Shown: positions 1 through 11,511 of the stretch, piece by piece | How the letters are laid out: each line of letters opens with the position of its first letter | Position numbering within the stretch: the first letter of the stretch is position 1 | Source: Octopus vulgaris | Taxonomy: Eukaryota | Assembly (NCBI GenBank): GCA_951406725.2 | Contig: OX597834.1 | Location: forward strand, 6,758,001-6,822,000 | Direction: 5' to 3' | Length of the DNA stretch: 64,000 nt | Position numbers and translations under genes: made by a program | Notes under the pieces: generated by a model | The model's database searches: none | What the model saw: only the letters and a program-made list of their open reading frames with translations | What the model was told of the DNA's origin: nothing

Positions 1-250
1 GTCTGTGGAAAGGATAAATAAACTGGAATAACACCAAAAACATGGATCAACAGAACCATTGAGGAATTGGGCAATGTAATATAGATTACAAGTGGGAATC
101 TCACAAAATTGACAGTGTCCTCAATTTCTTGATGAATTCATAGAAACTTTGGCAACAATATTCAATGAATGTGTTAACAGACCAGAATTCCCAACAGAAT
201 GGTTACTTTTGGAGAAAACATTATTATTTCTGCAAAACAAACCAACTGTA
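1..250 (+). pseudogene. Degraded R4/Dong-like reverse transcriptase fragment (N-terminal RT region)
   Basis: From 161 the sequence translates FNECVNRPEFPTEWLLLEKTLLFLQN, resembling the PxWLxxGxTxLxPK motif of RLE-clade RTs; stops upstream. Confidence 0.45.
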
Positions 251-454
251 AATATTTATTTATCGTGTTTTTGTTTCTCTCGCTGTCTTCCAAAAAATTT
301 AGGGAACTGGTTCTGAAAATGCCATTAATTTTTTTCTGTAACCAAATGTTTCAAAAGTTATGCTTATAATAGTGATATTTGAGTTTTTGGAGAATTGCGC
401 CGTAATAAACAGTCCTTTTAACTGCACATCAAGAATTATATTTTCATATATCTC

Positions 455-857
455 TTTACTCTTACTCTTTACTCTTTTACTCTCTTTTACTCTTTTACTT
501 GTTTCAGTCATTTGACTGTGGCCATGCTGGAGCACCGCCTTTAGTCGAGCAAATCGACCCCGGGACTTATTCTTTGTAAGCCAAGTACTTATTCTATTGG
601 TCTCTTTTGCCAAACCGCTAAGTGACGGGGACGTAAACACACCAGCATCGGTTGTCAAGCAATGCTAGGGGGACAAACACACACATATATATATATATAC
701 GACAGGCTTCTTTCAGTTTCCGTCTACCAAATCCACTCACAAGGCATTGGTCGGCCCGGGGCTATAGCAGAAGACACTTGCCCAAGATGCCACACAGTGG
801 GACTGAACCCGGAACCATGTGGTTGGCTAGCAAGCTACTTACCATACAGCCACTCCT
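455..857 (-). mobile_element. tRNA-derived CORE-like SINE, family A
   Basis: Minus strand: box A-like TGGCTGTATGG, box B GGTTCAGTCCC, CORE-like TTGGGCAAGTGTCTT, internal (TA)n(TG)n, tail (GTAAAAGA)n; many copies in window. Confidence 0.85.
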
Positions 858-1130
858 ATCTAAATCATATTTTTATGTTTCAGATCGATTTCTTGAGCTG
901 TGAATTTTAGCATCATAGAATATGGTAAGTAGAAAATGCAATAATCCATCAGATCCATTCTTATGTCTGTGGATATGTTGGAACTGAACAGGTAACACTT
1001 AGAATAGTGAAAAGAGTCAAATTCTGTATAAAATGTAGAACAGTGTTTTTCAACGATATTCCACCCCCACCTCACCCAGAAAAATACATGCCCCCACCAA
1101 TGGTTGGAAAACAAAAACAACTTTATTTTT

Positions 1131-1525
1131 AGCATGGCTGTGTGGTAAGAAGCTACCTTCCCAATCACAAGGTTCCAGGTTCACCCCCCTCTGTGTGGCA
1201 CATTGTGCGAGTGTCTTCTACTATAGCCTTGGGCTGACTAAAGCCTTGTGAGTGGATTTTGTAGACAGAAACTGAAAGAAGCCCAATGTGTGTGTGTGTG
1301 TGTGTGTGTGTGTTGCTGTGTCTGTTTGTTCCTCCATCACTGCTTGGCAACTGGTGTTGGTATGTTTACATCCCTGTAACTTAGCAGTTCGGCAAAAGAG
1401 ACCGATGGAATAAGTACTAGGCTTCAAAAAAAGTCCTGGGTTCGATTTGTTTGACTAAAAGCCCTTCCAAGGCAGTGCTCCAACATGGCCACAGTCAAAT
1501 AGCTGAAACAAATAAAAGAATAACA
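1131..1525 (+). mobile_element. SINE family A, diverged copy
   Basis: Same head, body and tail as 455-857 in opposite orientation. Confidence 0.75.
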
Positions 1526-1817
1526 AAATAGAAGAATATATATTTTCGTTAAAGATATATCCACCCCAGGGCATTAGTATAGGTCTATACTGTAGCAAAC
1601 AGTATGCTTGGTTGGAGGGATTGGTTTACCTAGGCTGAGTATAAGTGTAGTACGTTTGCTGTGAAAAAGTAGATTTTCACAATTCCATGTCCCACTAAGA
1701 ACAAAAAAAAAACAAGAAAAATTGTTGGATCTCATGCCCCACCACAATTTTCCTAGGCCCCACCGGTGGGGTACATGCTCCACATTGGGATCACTGATAC
1801 GGACATCATTACATATA

Positions 1818-2602
1818 TATTTCTTTATTGCCCACAAGGGGCTAAACAATAGAGGGGACAAACAAAGACAGACAAAGTGATTAAGTCGATTACATTGACC
1901 CCAGTGTGTAACTGGTGCTTTATTTATCGACCCCGAAAGGATGAAAGGCAAAGTCGACCTCGGCAGAATTTGAACTCAGACTGTAACAGCAGACGAAATA
2001 CCTATTTCTTTGCTACCCACAAGGGGCTAAACACAGAGAGGACAAACAAGGACAGACAAACGGATTAAGTCGATAACATCAAATCCAGTGTATAACTGGT
2101 ACTTTATTTATTGATCCCGAAAGGATGAAAGGCAAAGTTGACCTTGGCAGAATTTGAACTCAGACTGTAACAGCAGACGAAATACCTATTTCTTTGCTAC
2201 CCACAAGGGGCTAAACACAGAGAGGACAAACAAGGACAGACAAACGGATTAAGTCGATAACATCAAATCCAGTGTATAACTGGTACTTTATTTATCGACC
2301 TCGAAAGGATGAAAGGCAAAGTTGACCTCGGCAGAATTTGAACTCAGAATATAACACAGACGAAATACCTATTTCTTTACTACCCACGAGGGGCTAAACA
2401 CAGAGAGAACAAACAAGTACAGACAAACGGATTAAGTCGATAACATCGAAACCAGTGTATAACTGGTACTTTATTTATCGACCTCGAAAGGATGAAAGGC
2501 AAAGTTCACCTCGGCGGAATTTGAACTCAGAAACGTAACGGCAGATGAAATACCGCTAAGCATTTTGCCCAGTGCGCTAACGTTTCTGCCAGCTTGCCAC
2601 CT
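1818..2602 (-). mobile_element. SINE family B tetramer (one head plus 4 x ~184 bp units)
   Basis: Unit starts at 1818, 2003, 2187, 2370; tRNA-like head GGTGGCAAGCTGGCAGAAACG..GAGTTCAAATTCC; imperfect TSD gaca(t/g)cattacatata. Confidence 0.85.
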
Positions 2603-3363
2603 TTGATATAGACAGCATTACATATAACAGACTTGGAATGACCGAAACTTGGACCCTTCAATAAAAACATAAGGTCTGTCAATCTAGTCTAGAAGAATAA
2701 CTAAGATGTGAGAAAGGGTATGATATTTGCTATTCTCAGTATAAGCTTGTGCTAAGATTGCTTTTTCATTTGATTTTTTGTTAACTCACTAAAAACCCAT
2801 TTGCTCTGATTTGAAATTTTTTGTAAAGTGTCTCTAAAGAAGCCATTTTGTTTGTTTACTAATGAAAGCAAAAAATATTTTCTAAGCAAATTAAAAGACT
2901 TTTTTTCCTCGCAAACAGAAAAAAATTATGCAAGCAATTATTTCATTATCTTTCTATGTAGAAGTTTTGCATCAAATAAAACACTTTTTCTACTTAATTT
3001 CTCTTGATCTTGAAATATCACTGTATTTAAAGAAGATGTAACAAGTTTGACGCAAATGCAAAAATAATTATTTCTAATTTTGACACAAGGCTGGCAATTT
3101 TGAGGAGAGAGAACGAGTTCACTACATAGCTGGCACTTTGTTTCCCCTGGGCCTACAAGGATGAAAGGCAAGTTATCCTCAAGAGTTTGAATCTAGGACA
3201 TAAAGAATCAGACATGGCATATCTCTTTGGAATCTTCAAGATTAACTGTTAGTATTCCTTGATTTCATTCATCCAAGAACCGAGCCATGTCATCGGAAAG
3301 ATGACTGCGAAGCATTTCACCCAACAGACTAACAATTCCACCAGCTTGCCACCTTAATAATGG

Positions 3364-3401
<38 letters not shown>

Positions 3402-3419
3402 GTGATGCCAATAGACATA

Positions 3420-3857
3420 GATAGAAAAATCAAGGTTAATAGACTGGGTATAGTTGTCAGAGATCACCAAGAAAAAAAGATGCCTTCTAATCGATATATC
3501 AATAACAACAGATGACAACGTTTCTCTAAAAGAAATGGTGAAACTTTCAAAATACAAAGACCTAGAAATAGAGGTAAATCGAAAGTGGAGTCTAAAAGCA
3601 GAAAAAATTCCTATGATAGTAGGCGCATTAGGTATGATAAAAAAATATTCAGACAAATACATAACCAAAACACCAGGACTTATAAGTGTATGTAACATAC
3701 AGAATATTGTACTACTAGGCACTGCACACATCCTATACAGAACACTTTCAATACAGTGAAAATAAGAGCATCACAACAAACTACAGCACATACCTAAGGA
3801 ACACACAGCTGTGCTCTGTATTGCAGTGAAAGCATGTGATAAAAATAAGACTACTGA
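3420..3857 (+). mobile_element. 3' fragment of R4/Dong-like element (RLE domain plus 3' UTR)
   Basis: CLLIDIS..EMVKLSKYKDLEIEV..IVGALG..LLGTAHIL; ends in (TAA)n; homologous to 21688-22116. Confidence 0.85.
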
Positions 3858-3869
3858 ATAATAATGATG

Positions 3870-3979
<110 letters not shown>

Positions 3980-4057
3980 TGTAGTAGTAAGAGTAATAGT
4001 AGTAATAGTAATAGTAATAGTAATAATAATAATAATAATAAAAATAATAATAATAAT

Positions 4058-6084
4058 AAGGCCTTCGACAGTATACCGCATCCATGGATCTTGAGATCGC
4101 TGGACATCTTCAAAATTTCCCCTGTGATTTCAAGCTTCCTGAACCCCAATATGTCGTTGTGAAATACAAATCTCCAATTATACCACTCTAATGGAGTACT
4201 TGCCTCAGAAAATATAAACATCAACTGTGGCACTTTTCAAGGTGACTCACTTTCACTTCTAATATTCCACATAGCCCTAATATCCCTTACAAGTGAATTA
4301 AACAGAACAGGGTATGGGTATAAAATTGTCAATAAAAAAATAAGCCATGTATTTTATATGGATGACTTAAAACTCTATGGTAAAGATGATAATGACCTTG
4401 AAGGCCTATTGCGCACTGTGAAAGCATTCAGCGATGACATCGGGCTGGAGTTTGGGCTTGAGAAGTGTGCCAAGGCCACTTTCCAGAAAGGGAAAGTGAA
4501 GACCACAATTTCAGTCGTGTTAGATGTTGACACAGTCATAAGAGAGCTTGAGCAAGAACAAACATACAAATATTTAGGGATAAATGAAGGCTCTGGTATT
4601 CAGCATGCAAGCATGAAAGAGAAGATCAGGAAGGAATGTTATAGGAGAGTTCGTGCAGTCCTGAAATCTGAACTAAATGCACGTAACAAGGTGTTAGCTA
4701 TAAATTCCTTAGCAGTTCCAGTTGTTACTTATAGCTACAATGTGTTGAACTGGAATATGAGTGAAGTAAAGAATATAGATAGGAAAATACGCAAGCTGCT
4801 GAGTTGTAATAGGATGCACCACCCAAAGGCAGACGTAGATCGCCTTTACCTTCCCAGAGCCCAAGGAGGTCGAGGCCTGATCCAATTTGAACTAGCTTAC
4901 AAAACAACCACAATTGGACTGGCCAAATATCCTGAAATAATGAATGACTGGATGCTAAAGCTCGTGAAAAATCATGAGAGATGATAGAAGCTTCATTCTA
5001 TCATAAAGGAAAGCAAAAAATTTGCTATTGATCTCGTACAGGATACCCAAACTGAACAACCCAAAGGAAGTACGGCAACTATTGTTGCAAAGAAGGTGAA
5101 AATAATGGCAACGAAAAAAGCGCACAAGCAATTGGCTGATAGGTGGGAGGAAAAACCTCTGCATGGCAAATATGTGGCCCGTAGCAAACAAGCTGATGTT
5201 GACCAGAAGCAAACCCATCAGTGGCTACGGAGCTCAGGGCTAAAAGCAGAGAGTGACGGTTTCATCCTGGCTGCTCAAGATCAAAGCCTATTAACCCGGA
5301 ACTACCAGGCCAATGTGATGGAAAATGGAGCAGACCCAAAATGCCGATTCTGCAACGACATGATTGAAACAGTGGACCACCTAATCTCTGGATGTAAAGT
5401 CTTAGCACCAGTGGAGTATAAATTAAGACATGACAGAGTTGGCCAATATCTACACAGGCTAATAAGTCGGCATTACAATATCAAAACTGCCGACAAGTGG
5501 TATAATCACCACCCTGAAGCTGTAACTGAAGGAGAAAATGTAACGATTCTGTGGGACTTTCCAGTACATACGGACCGAACCATCAAAGCCAATAAACCGG
5601 ATATTGTTGTGAAAGACCAAAACAATAAAGTTTGCTTATTGATCGACATGAGCATCATAATATCTCGGGGAAAGAGTTTGACAAGCTAAGAAAATATAAA
5701 GACCTGCTCATTGAAATTGAGAAAATGTGGCATCTCAAGGCGGTTACAATACCAGTGATCGTAGGAGCACTAGGAATGATCAAGAAGGGAACCGAAAATT
5801 ATATGAGAATGATCCCTGGCTTACCATCCCTGCAAGGAGTGCAAAAGATTGTCTTAATTGGTACATCACACGTATTGAGAAGAGCATTGTTGATGTGAGA
5901 ACTATTACTACCCATGTATTTTAATTTAACTTTATTTCTATCAAAAAAAAAAAGAAAAAATGAACGAACTAGTGAGTTTAGTTTAATGGCCTACCAATGT
6001 ATATATACTATGAGTTTCTTTGCCCTAGGAGTCGGGAAGACACTCGGCAAGAAATGGAAGCAAATTTGAAAGAAGAAGAAAAAA
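4058..6084 (+). mobile_element. 5'-truncated R4/Dong-clade non-LTR retrotransposon (RT, CCHC zinc knuckle, restriction-like endonuclease), disrupted
   Basis: One frame from 4058: KAFDSIPH, FQGDSLS, YMDDLKLY, YKYLG, HHPKADVDRLYLPR, CRFC..HLISGC, RHD, KPDIVV..D; KYKDL follows the frameshift. Stops at 4160-4162 and 4982-4987, frameshift near 5655; flanked by (TAA)n on both sides. Confidence 0.93.
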
Positions 6085-6104
6085 TGATAATAATAATAAT
6101 AATG

Positions 6105-6151
<47 letters not shown>

Positions 6152-6191
6152 GATGATGATGATGATGATGATGATGATGACGAAAAAATAG

Positions 6192-6540
6192 TTCTTATGG
6201 GAACTGCTCACATCCTTTGAAAATTAGTGTCTATGGTAATTCCAAAAACATTTTAATCTGTAAACATTGTCAAAAGTACTTTTAGATGTACATAATAGCA
6301 AACAACTTTCACTGTCATCTTAAGACCATGCTGTCATCTTATAATCAAATCGCTTTCAAAACAAAACTTTTAATTTTCTTATATTTTGACAGACATTCTC
6401 TAGAACAACACCCTGTGCAAAACCAAAAACTATGTCACCTTAATCTTAACACCAACTTGAACTTCTAACTTGTTGTCACTTGAGGTCTCTGGATGAGACT
6501 TGGAAGCAACTTGTACAAATACAAAACAAAAGCCAAACAT
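6192..6540 (+). mobile_element. 3' end of another R4/Dong-like family
   Basis: LMGTAHIL motif then 3' UTR ending TGAGGTCTCTGGATGAGACTTGGAAGCAACTTGT followed by (TAA)n. Confidence 0.7.
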
Positions 6541-6585
6541 ATAATAATAATAATAATAACAATAATAACAGTAATAACAATAATA

Positions 6586-6637
<52 letters not shown>

Positions 6638-6651
6638 TAATAACAATAATA

Positions 6652-6690
<39 letters not shown>

Positions 6691-6693
<3 letters not shown>

Positions 6694-7179
6694 TACATTG
6701 TTTTGTCTTGGTATAAAAGATGGGCTACAGCAAATATTCTGCTCAATACCACAGATTTGCTTGTCAGTTGTTTGACCGTAACCAGTTGAGTATGTCCCTT
6801 AGTGGCTGACGATATGTGCATCTCTGATCACGAGCAGAAGTAGTGGGGGAGCATCATAGCCATGTGTTGAAAGGGATTCTTTGGGGCTTGAATAATTCAC
6901 CTCTGGAAACATGGGTGGTTCTTTCAACATCCTTAAACAACCCTTATTCATGGACATTTTGAGCGGGATGGGCTACTCAACCTGAAGAAAATTCTAACTG
7001 GGCCCCACCTGCAAGGTCATGTGCTGTTTATCTTGACATGAGATCACCATGTTGCGCACATATAGTTGTGATGCATGTGCCTGGTGTACCTTTGTCAGAC
7101 GGGTAGTCATGATGGGTATATTGGGCTTCGTATATTTTACCCCAGTGTCACTTTGATGGCATGAACTGCTCTCTCACTC
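6691..7179 (+). mobile_element. Non-coding (TAA)n-inserted retroposon, family C
   Basis: Closely similar to 21104-21660 and 22184-22904; fixed 3' end CTGCTCTCTCACTC followed by (AAT)n, variable 5' end. Confidence 0.75.
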
Positions 7180-7195
7180 AATAATAATAATAATG

Positions 7196-7430
7196 AGAAC
7201 TGCTCATATCCTACGCAAAAGACTTTCTATGTCATCTCAAGTTTTAAAACAAACACAATTTTCATATGTTTCTTTTTTGGCATTCACTAGTACAACACTA
7301 AGTATAAAATCAAATATATGACACACTAGGCATAACAACAACACGAACTTCCAACCTGTTGTCTCTTGAGGTCTCTGGGTGAGACTTGCAGCCAACTTGT
7401 ATAAATATAAAGCAAAAGTCAAACATAGAA
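7196..7430 (+). mobile_element. 3' end of R4/Dong-like family (same as 18620-19112)
   Basis: TAHILRK coding remnant plus shared 3' UTR and (TAA)n tail. Confidence 0.7.
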
Positions 7431-7437
7431 TAATAAC

Positions 7438-7486
<49 letters not shown>

Positions 7487-7713
7487 GTAATTCGAATTAT
7501 TGGAATTATAGACTGGAAACTTGACAGAAAAACTAGGATGTTGTCAACATAGTATGAAGCCCACCATCTGAAAGCTAATGCCATCTGGCTGTGCTTGAGG
7601 AGAGAGCAGCATGGGAGAAGCTTAACAGTAGTTGAAGAATGTGTACAGATGGAAAGGAAAAGTTTAGCACAGTATTTACTGAGCAGCACAGAAAGACTAC
7701 TAAAGACATTTAA

Positions 7714-7934
7714 CCCTTTCTTTACCAACCTAGCTGAAACTGCCTCTGGCTCTGTAGTACAAATGTCTTGTTTTCATAAATTTTGAATTAAAATCTTCCA
7801 CCAAACCTTTGTCACAATTTATGTTCGTAACACAAGCTGAATGATAACTAAGTTATTTTACAAAATTCTTTGTTATATCCAAAATAATTGAGAGAAAGAC
7901 AGAACATCTCAAAATAAATACAGTAACGAAAGGG
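7714..7934. mobile_element. piggyBac-like MITE, family 1
   Basis: TTAA at 7710-7713 and 7935-7938; TIR CCCTTTCTTTAC / GTAACGAAAGGG; no ORF. Confidence 0.8.
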
Positions 7935-8086
7935 TTAAGAAGAAAAATAATCAGCAGAAGACATGAGAGAAGGAGACCTCAATGTGGTCACTCTATATGC
8001 TAGAAATAGTAACCTAAATTTCCTTCAACCCACACCCTTCCAACGACTTCTAATGTACATCTGTCCAAATGTAAAGGAGTGTTTAA

Positions 8087-8307
8087 CCCTTTCGATACCA
8101 ACCCGGCTAAAACCACCTCTGGCTATGTAGCACAAATGTTTTGTTTTCATAAGTTTTGAATTAAAATCTTCCACCAAACCTTAGTCACAAGTTATGTTCC
8201 TAACACTAGCTTAATGATAACTAAGCTATTTTACTAAATCCTTCGTTATATTTAAAGTAATTCAAAGAAACACAGAGCTTCTTAAAATAAATACGGTAAC
8301 GAAAGCG
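8087..8307. mobile_element. piggyBac-like MITE, family 1
   Basis: TTAA at 8083-8086 and 8308-8311; colinear with 7714-7934. Confidence 0.8.
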
Positions 8308-8566
8308 TTAACAGGAGACTAAGTGTGTATAAAGAGAAAAGGAAAAGAATGAAATTCAAAGAGACCACATCAGATAGATTGATGAGAAACCTTTGCATGA
8401 CTAATTTTGGAGAGCCACTGAAGACGTAGGTGGAACAAAATCCTGGGGTTGGTTAAAAAAAAAGAGCAATCAAAAGAAGAAACAGAGAGTCTAATTGTAG
8501 CAGCCTAAGATCAAGTGATAAAGACAAATAACTTGCGAAAAAATATGTGGAAACCAGCAGTCATGA

Positions 8567-8800
8567 AGGCATGCCAACCTCCCCTCTCCATGCCACACAT
8601 GTTGTCTAAGGGAAAGGCAAGGGCCAATACAGCTTGGTGTCAGTGATGTCACAACTCATTTCTACAGCTGAGTAAATTGGAGCAATGTGAAATAAAGTGT
8701 CTTGCTCAAGAACATGACACAAAGTCCAGTCGAGGAATTGAACTCATTATCTCATGATTGTGTGAGCCTGACGCTCTAACCATTGAGCCATGTGCCCTCA
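8567..8800 (-). mobile_element. tRNA-derived CORE-like SINE, family F
   Basis: Minus strand head TGGCTCAATGGTTAGAG..GAGTTCAATTCC, core CTTGAGCAAGACACTTTATTTCACATTGCTCCA; related to 14243-14488. Confidence 0.6.
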
Positions 8801-8835
8801 CTTAGATAACTCGAGTGCTAAATGTTAAAGTTTAA

Positions 8836-9038
8836 CCCTTTGACATTTAAACCAGAGAGATCTGGCCAAAATATTCCCTGTTTTAGGTTGAAACTGACCA
8901 GATTCTGCCTCTCACACCTATCCTACAATGTCATTCTAGAAATATACAATCACATCGTTGTAATCGTAAAGGTTTGAGATAATGCATGACTCATTCAAAT
9001 TAATGTGAATAAATAGGCATTAAATTTGGTAGAGTAAT
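8836..9038. mobile_element. piggyBac-like MITE family 2, partial
   Basis: TTAA-CCCTTTGACATTTAAAC end; reverse-complement similarity to 22451-22670. Confidence 0.6.
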
Positions 9039-9082
9039 ATGTATATATACCGTCGTATATATGTATATAAATATATATATAT

Positions 9083-9116
<34 letters not shown>

Positions 9117-9117
<1 letters not shown>

Positions 9118-9282
9118 GGCGCAGGAGTGGCTGTGTGGTAAGTAGCTTGCTAACCAACCACATGGTTCCGGGTTCAGTCCCACTGCGTGGCATCTTGGGC
9201 AAGTGTCTTCTGCTATAGCCCCGAGCTGACCAAAGCCTTGTGAGTAGATTTGGTAGATGGAAACTGAAAGAAGCCCGTCGTA

Positions 9283-9325
<43 letters not shown>

Positions 9326-9785
9326 ATGTTTGTGTGTCTGTGTTTGTCCCCCTAGCATTGCTTGACAACTGATGCTGGTGTGTTTACGTCCCCGTCACTT
9401 AGCGGTTTGGCAAAAGAGACCGATAGAATAAGTACTGGGCTTACAAAAAGAATAAGTCCCGGGTCGAGTTGCTCGACTAAAGGCGGTGCTCCATGGCCGC
9501 AGTCAAATGACTGAAACAAGTAAAAGAGTAAAAGAGAGTATATATGCGCGTGGGTGTTTGTGTGTCTGTGTTTGTCCCCCTAGCATTGCTTGACAAGCGA
9601 TGCTGGTGTGTTTATGTCCCCGTTACTTAGCGGTTCGGCAAAAGAGACCGATAGAATAAGTACTGGGCTTACAAAAGAATAAGTCCCGGAGTCGAATTGC
9701 TCGATTAAAGGCGGTGCTCCAGCATGGCCGCAGTCAAATGACTGAAACAAGTAAAAGAGTAAAAGAGAGAGAGTATAAAGAGTAA
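9117..9785 (+). mobile_element. SINE family A with tandem duplication of its 3' half
   Basis: Full copy 9117-9540, then the 3' half repeats from the internal (TG)n tract, 9541-9785. Confidence 0.85.
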
Positions 9786-10059
9786 TCGGAATGCAGAAAG
9801 GTTAATTACAAAATATTGTAAGAATGCAAAGGAAAAAAAAAAAAATATTTCTTTGTAATTAAAATGGTAAGCAGTGTGACCACATGAAATAGGTGGCACC
9901 ACCAGTGAGTTCCAGTAACAGGCTGAAATGGTTAACATGGTAAGAAGCAAATGCCATCGGTGTAGTTGGAGAAAAAAAAAATTATGAAAAAAGATAAAAT
10001 GGAATCTGACAGGAAATGAGGAAATAGAATGAGGGCTAAAGTATTTATTCATTCATCAT

Positions 10060-10308
10060 TTTCTTCCTTTCTTTCTTCCTCTACCTTTTTAAATTTCTCC
10101 TTCTCTAACTGTCAGTTTCTTTCTTTCCTTCTTCCTTTCTTTCTTTCTTTCATTTTTTCTTTCATTCTTTCTTACTTTCATTCTTTCTTGCTTTCTTCTT
10201 GCTTTCTTTCTTTCATTTTTTCTTTCTTTTTTTCTTTCATTTTTTCTTTCTTTCTTTCTTTCATTCTTTCTTTCTTTCTTTCTTGCTTTCTTTCTTTCTT
10301 TCTTTCAT

Positions 10309-10344
<36 letters not shown>

Positions 10345-10418
10345 GCTTTCTTCCATTCTGTCTTTCTTTCTTTCTTTCTTTCATTCTGTCTTTCTTTCTT
10401 TCATTCTTTCTTGTCTTG

Positions 10419-10449
<31 letters not shown>

Positions 10450-11170
10450 TCATTCTTTCTTTCTTGCTTTCTTTCATTCTTTCTTTCTTGCTTTCTTTCA
10501 TTCTTTCTTTCTTTCTTTCCTTCTTTCTTTCTTTCATTCTTTCTTGCTTTCTTCTTGCTTTCTTTCTTTCATTTTTTCTTTCTTTCTTTCTTTCATTTTT
10601 TCTTTCTTTCTTTCTTTCATTTTTTCTTTCTTTCTTTCTTTCATTCTTTCATTCTTTCTTTCTTCTTGCTTTCTTTCCTTCATTTTTTCTTTCTTTCTTT
10701 CTTTCATTTTTTCTTTCTTTCTTTCATTCTTTCTTTCATTCTTTCTTTCATTCTTTCTTTCTTTCTTTCTTTCTTGCTTTCTTCTTTCTTTCTTTCATTC
10801 TTTCTTTCTTGCTTTCTTTCATTCTTTCTTTCTTTCTTTCATTCTTTCTTTCTTTCTTTCTTTCTTTCTTTCATTCTTTCTTTCTTTCTTTCCTTCTTTC
10901 TTTCTTTCTTTCTTTCCTTCTTTCTTCCTTTCTTTCACCTTCACCTTCACCGATTGTATCTTTCTTCTTGTTTTCCCTCTCTCTCCTCTTTTCTCTTTCT
11001 CTTTCTCTTCTCTCTTGCCCCTCTTCTCTCTCACCCCCTTTCTCTCTCTCTCTTTATCTTCTTCTCTCTAATTATCTTGTCTCAATATTTCTCTCTCTCT
11101 CTCTCTTTCTCTTCTCTCTTTCACCCTTTTCTCTCTCTCTTTCTCTTCTTCTCTCAAATTATCTTGTCTC

Positions 11171-11214
<44 letters not shown>

Positions 11215-11440
11215 TTCCCCCTTTTCTCTCTCTCTTTCTCTTCTTCTCTCTAATTATCTTGTCTCAATATTTCTCTCTCTTTCTCTCTCTTCCTCTCCCT
11301 TTCCCCCTTTTCTCTTCCACCATCCCCCCTCTCTCTCTTTCTCTCTCTTCCTCTCCCTCTCTCTTTCTCTCTCTTCCTCTCCCTCTCTCTCTTTCTCTCT
11401 CACCATTCCATCCTCCCTCTCTCTCTCTCTCTCTCTCTCA
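10060..11440. repeat. ~1.4 kb near-homopyrimidine tract: (TTTC)n compound microsatellite, then (CT)n-rich ~90-100 bp tandem units
   Basis: Direct reading; AATTATCTTGTCTCAATATTTCTC occurs three times at 11070-11275. Confidence 0.9.
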
Positions 11441-11445
11441 GTTAC

Positions 11446-11511
11446 CATTTGATAGCCTTCAGACATGGAACATCTCAAAAACAGAGATAATGTCAACAGA
11501 AACAGCAGCAT
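11446..11511 (-). CDS. Candidate first coding exon with signal-peptide-like sequence
   Basis: AAAG-ATG start, MLLFLLTLSLFLRCSMSEGYQM, then ATG|GTAACT donor; in-frame stop upstream; no downstream exon identified. Confidence 0.25.

Larger units (their letters stand above)
7495..8550 (+). pseudogene. Old R4/Dong-like fragment split by two MITEs
   Basis: LDRKTRML, AHHLKANA..LRREQHGRSLTVVEECV..SLAQYL before 7710; PLH, ETESLIVAA*DQ remnants after 8311. Confidence 0.6.

Noticed and set aside
652-910. Recurrent ORFs MSSNARGTN.. and MLGGQT.. as a gene family
   Set aside because: Antisense readings of SINE A copies.
1818-2602. SINE B tandem arrays as CRISPR arrays or hammerhead retrozymes
   Set aside because: No unique spacers, no cas genes, and no CUGANGA/GAAA core on either strand of the unit.
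6806-6840. CTGACGA in family C as a hammerhead core
   Set aside because: No stem II followed by GAAA.
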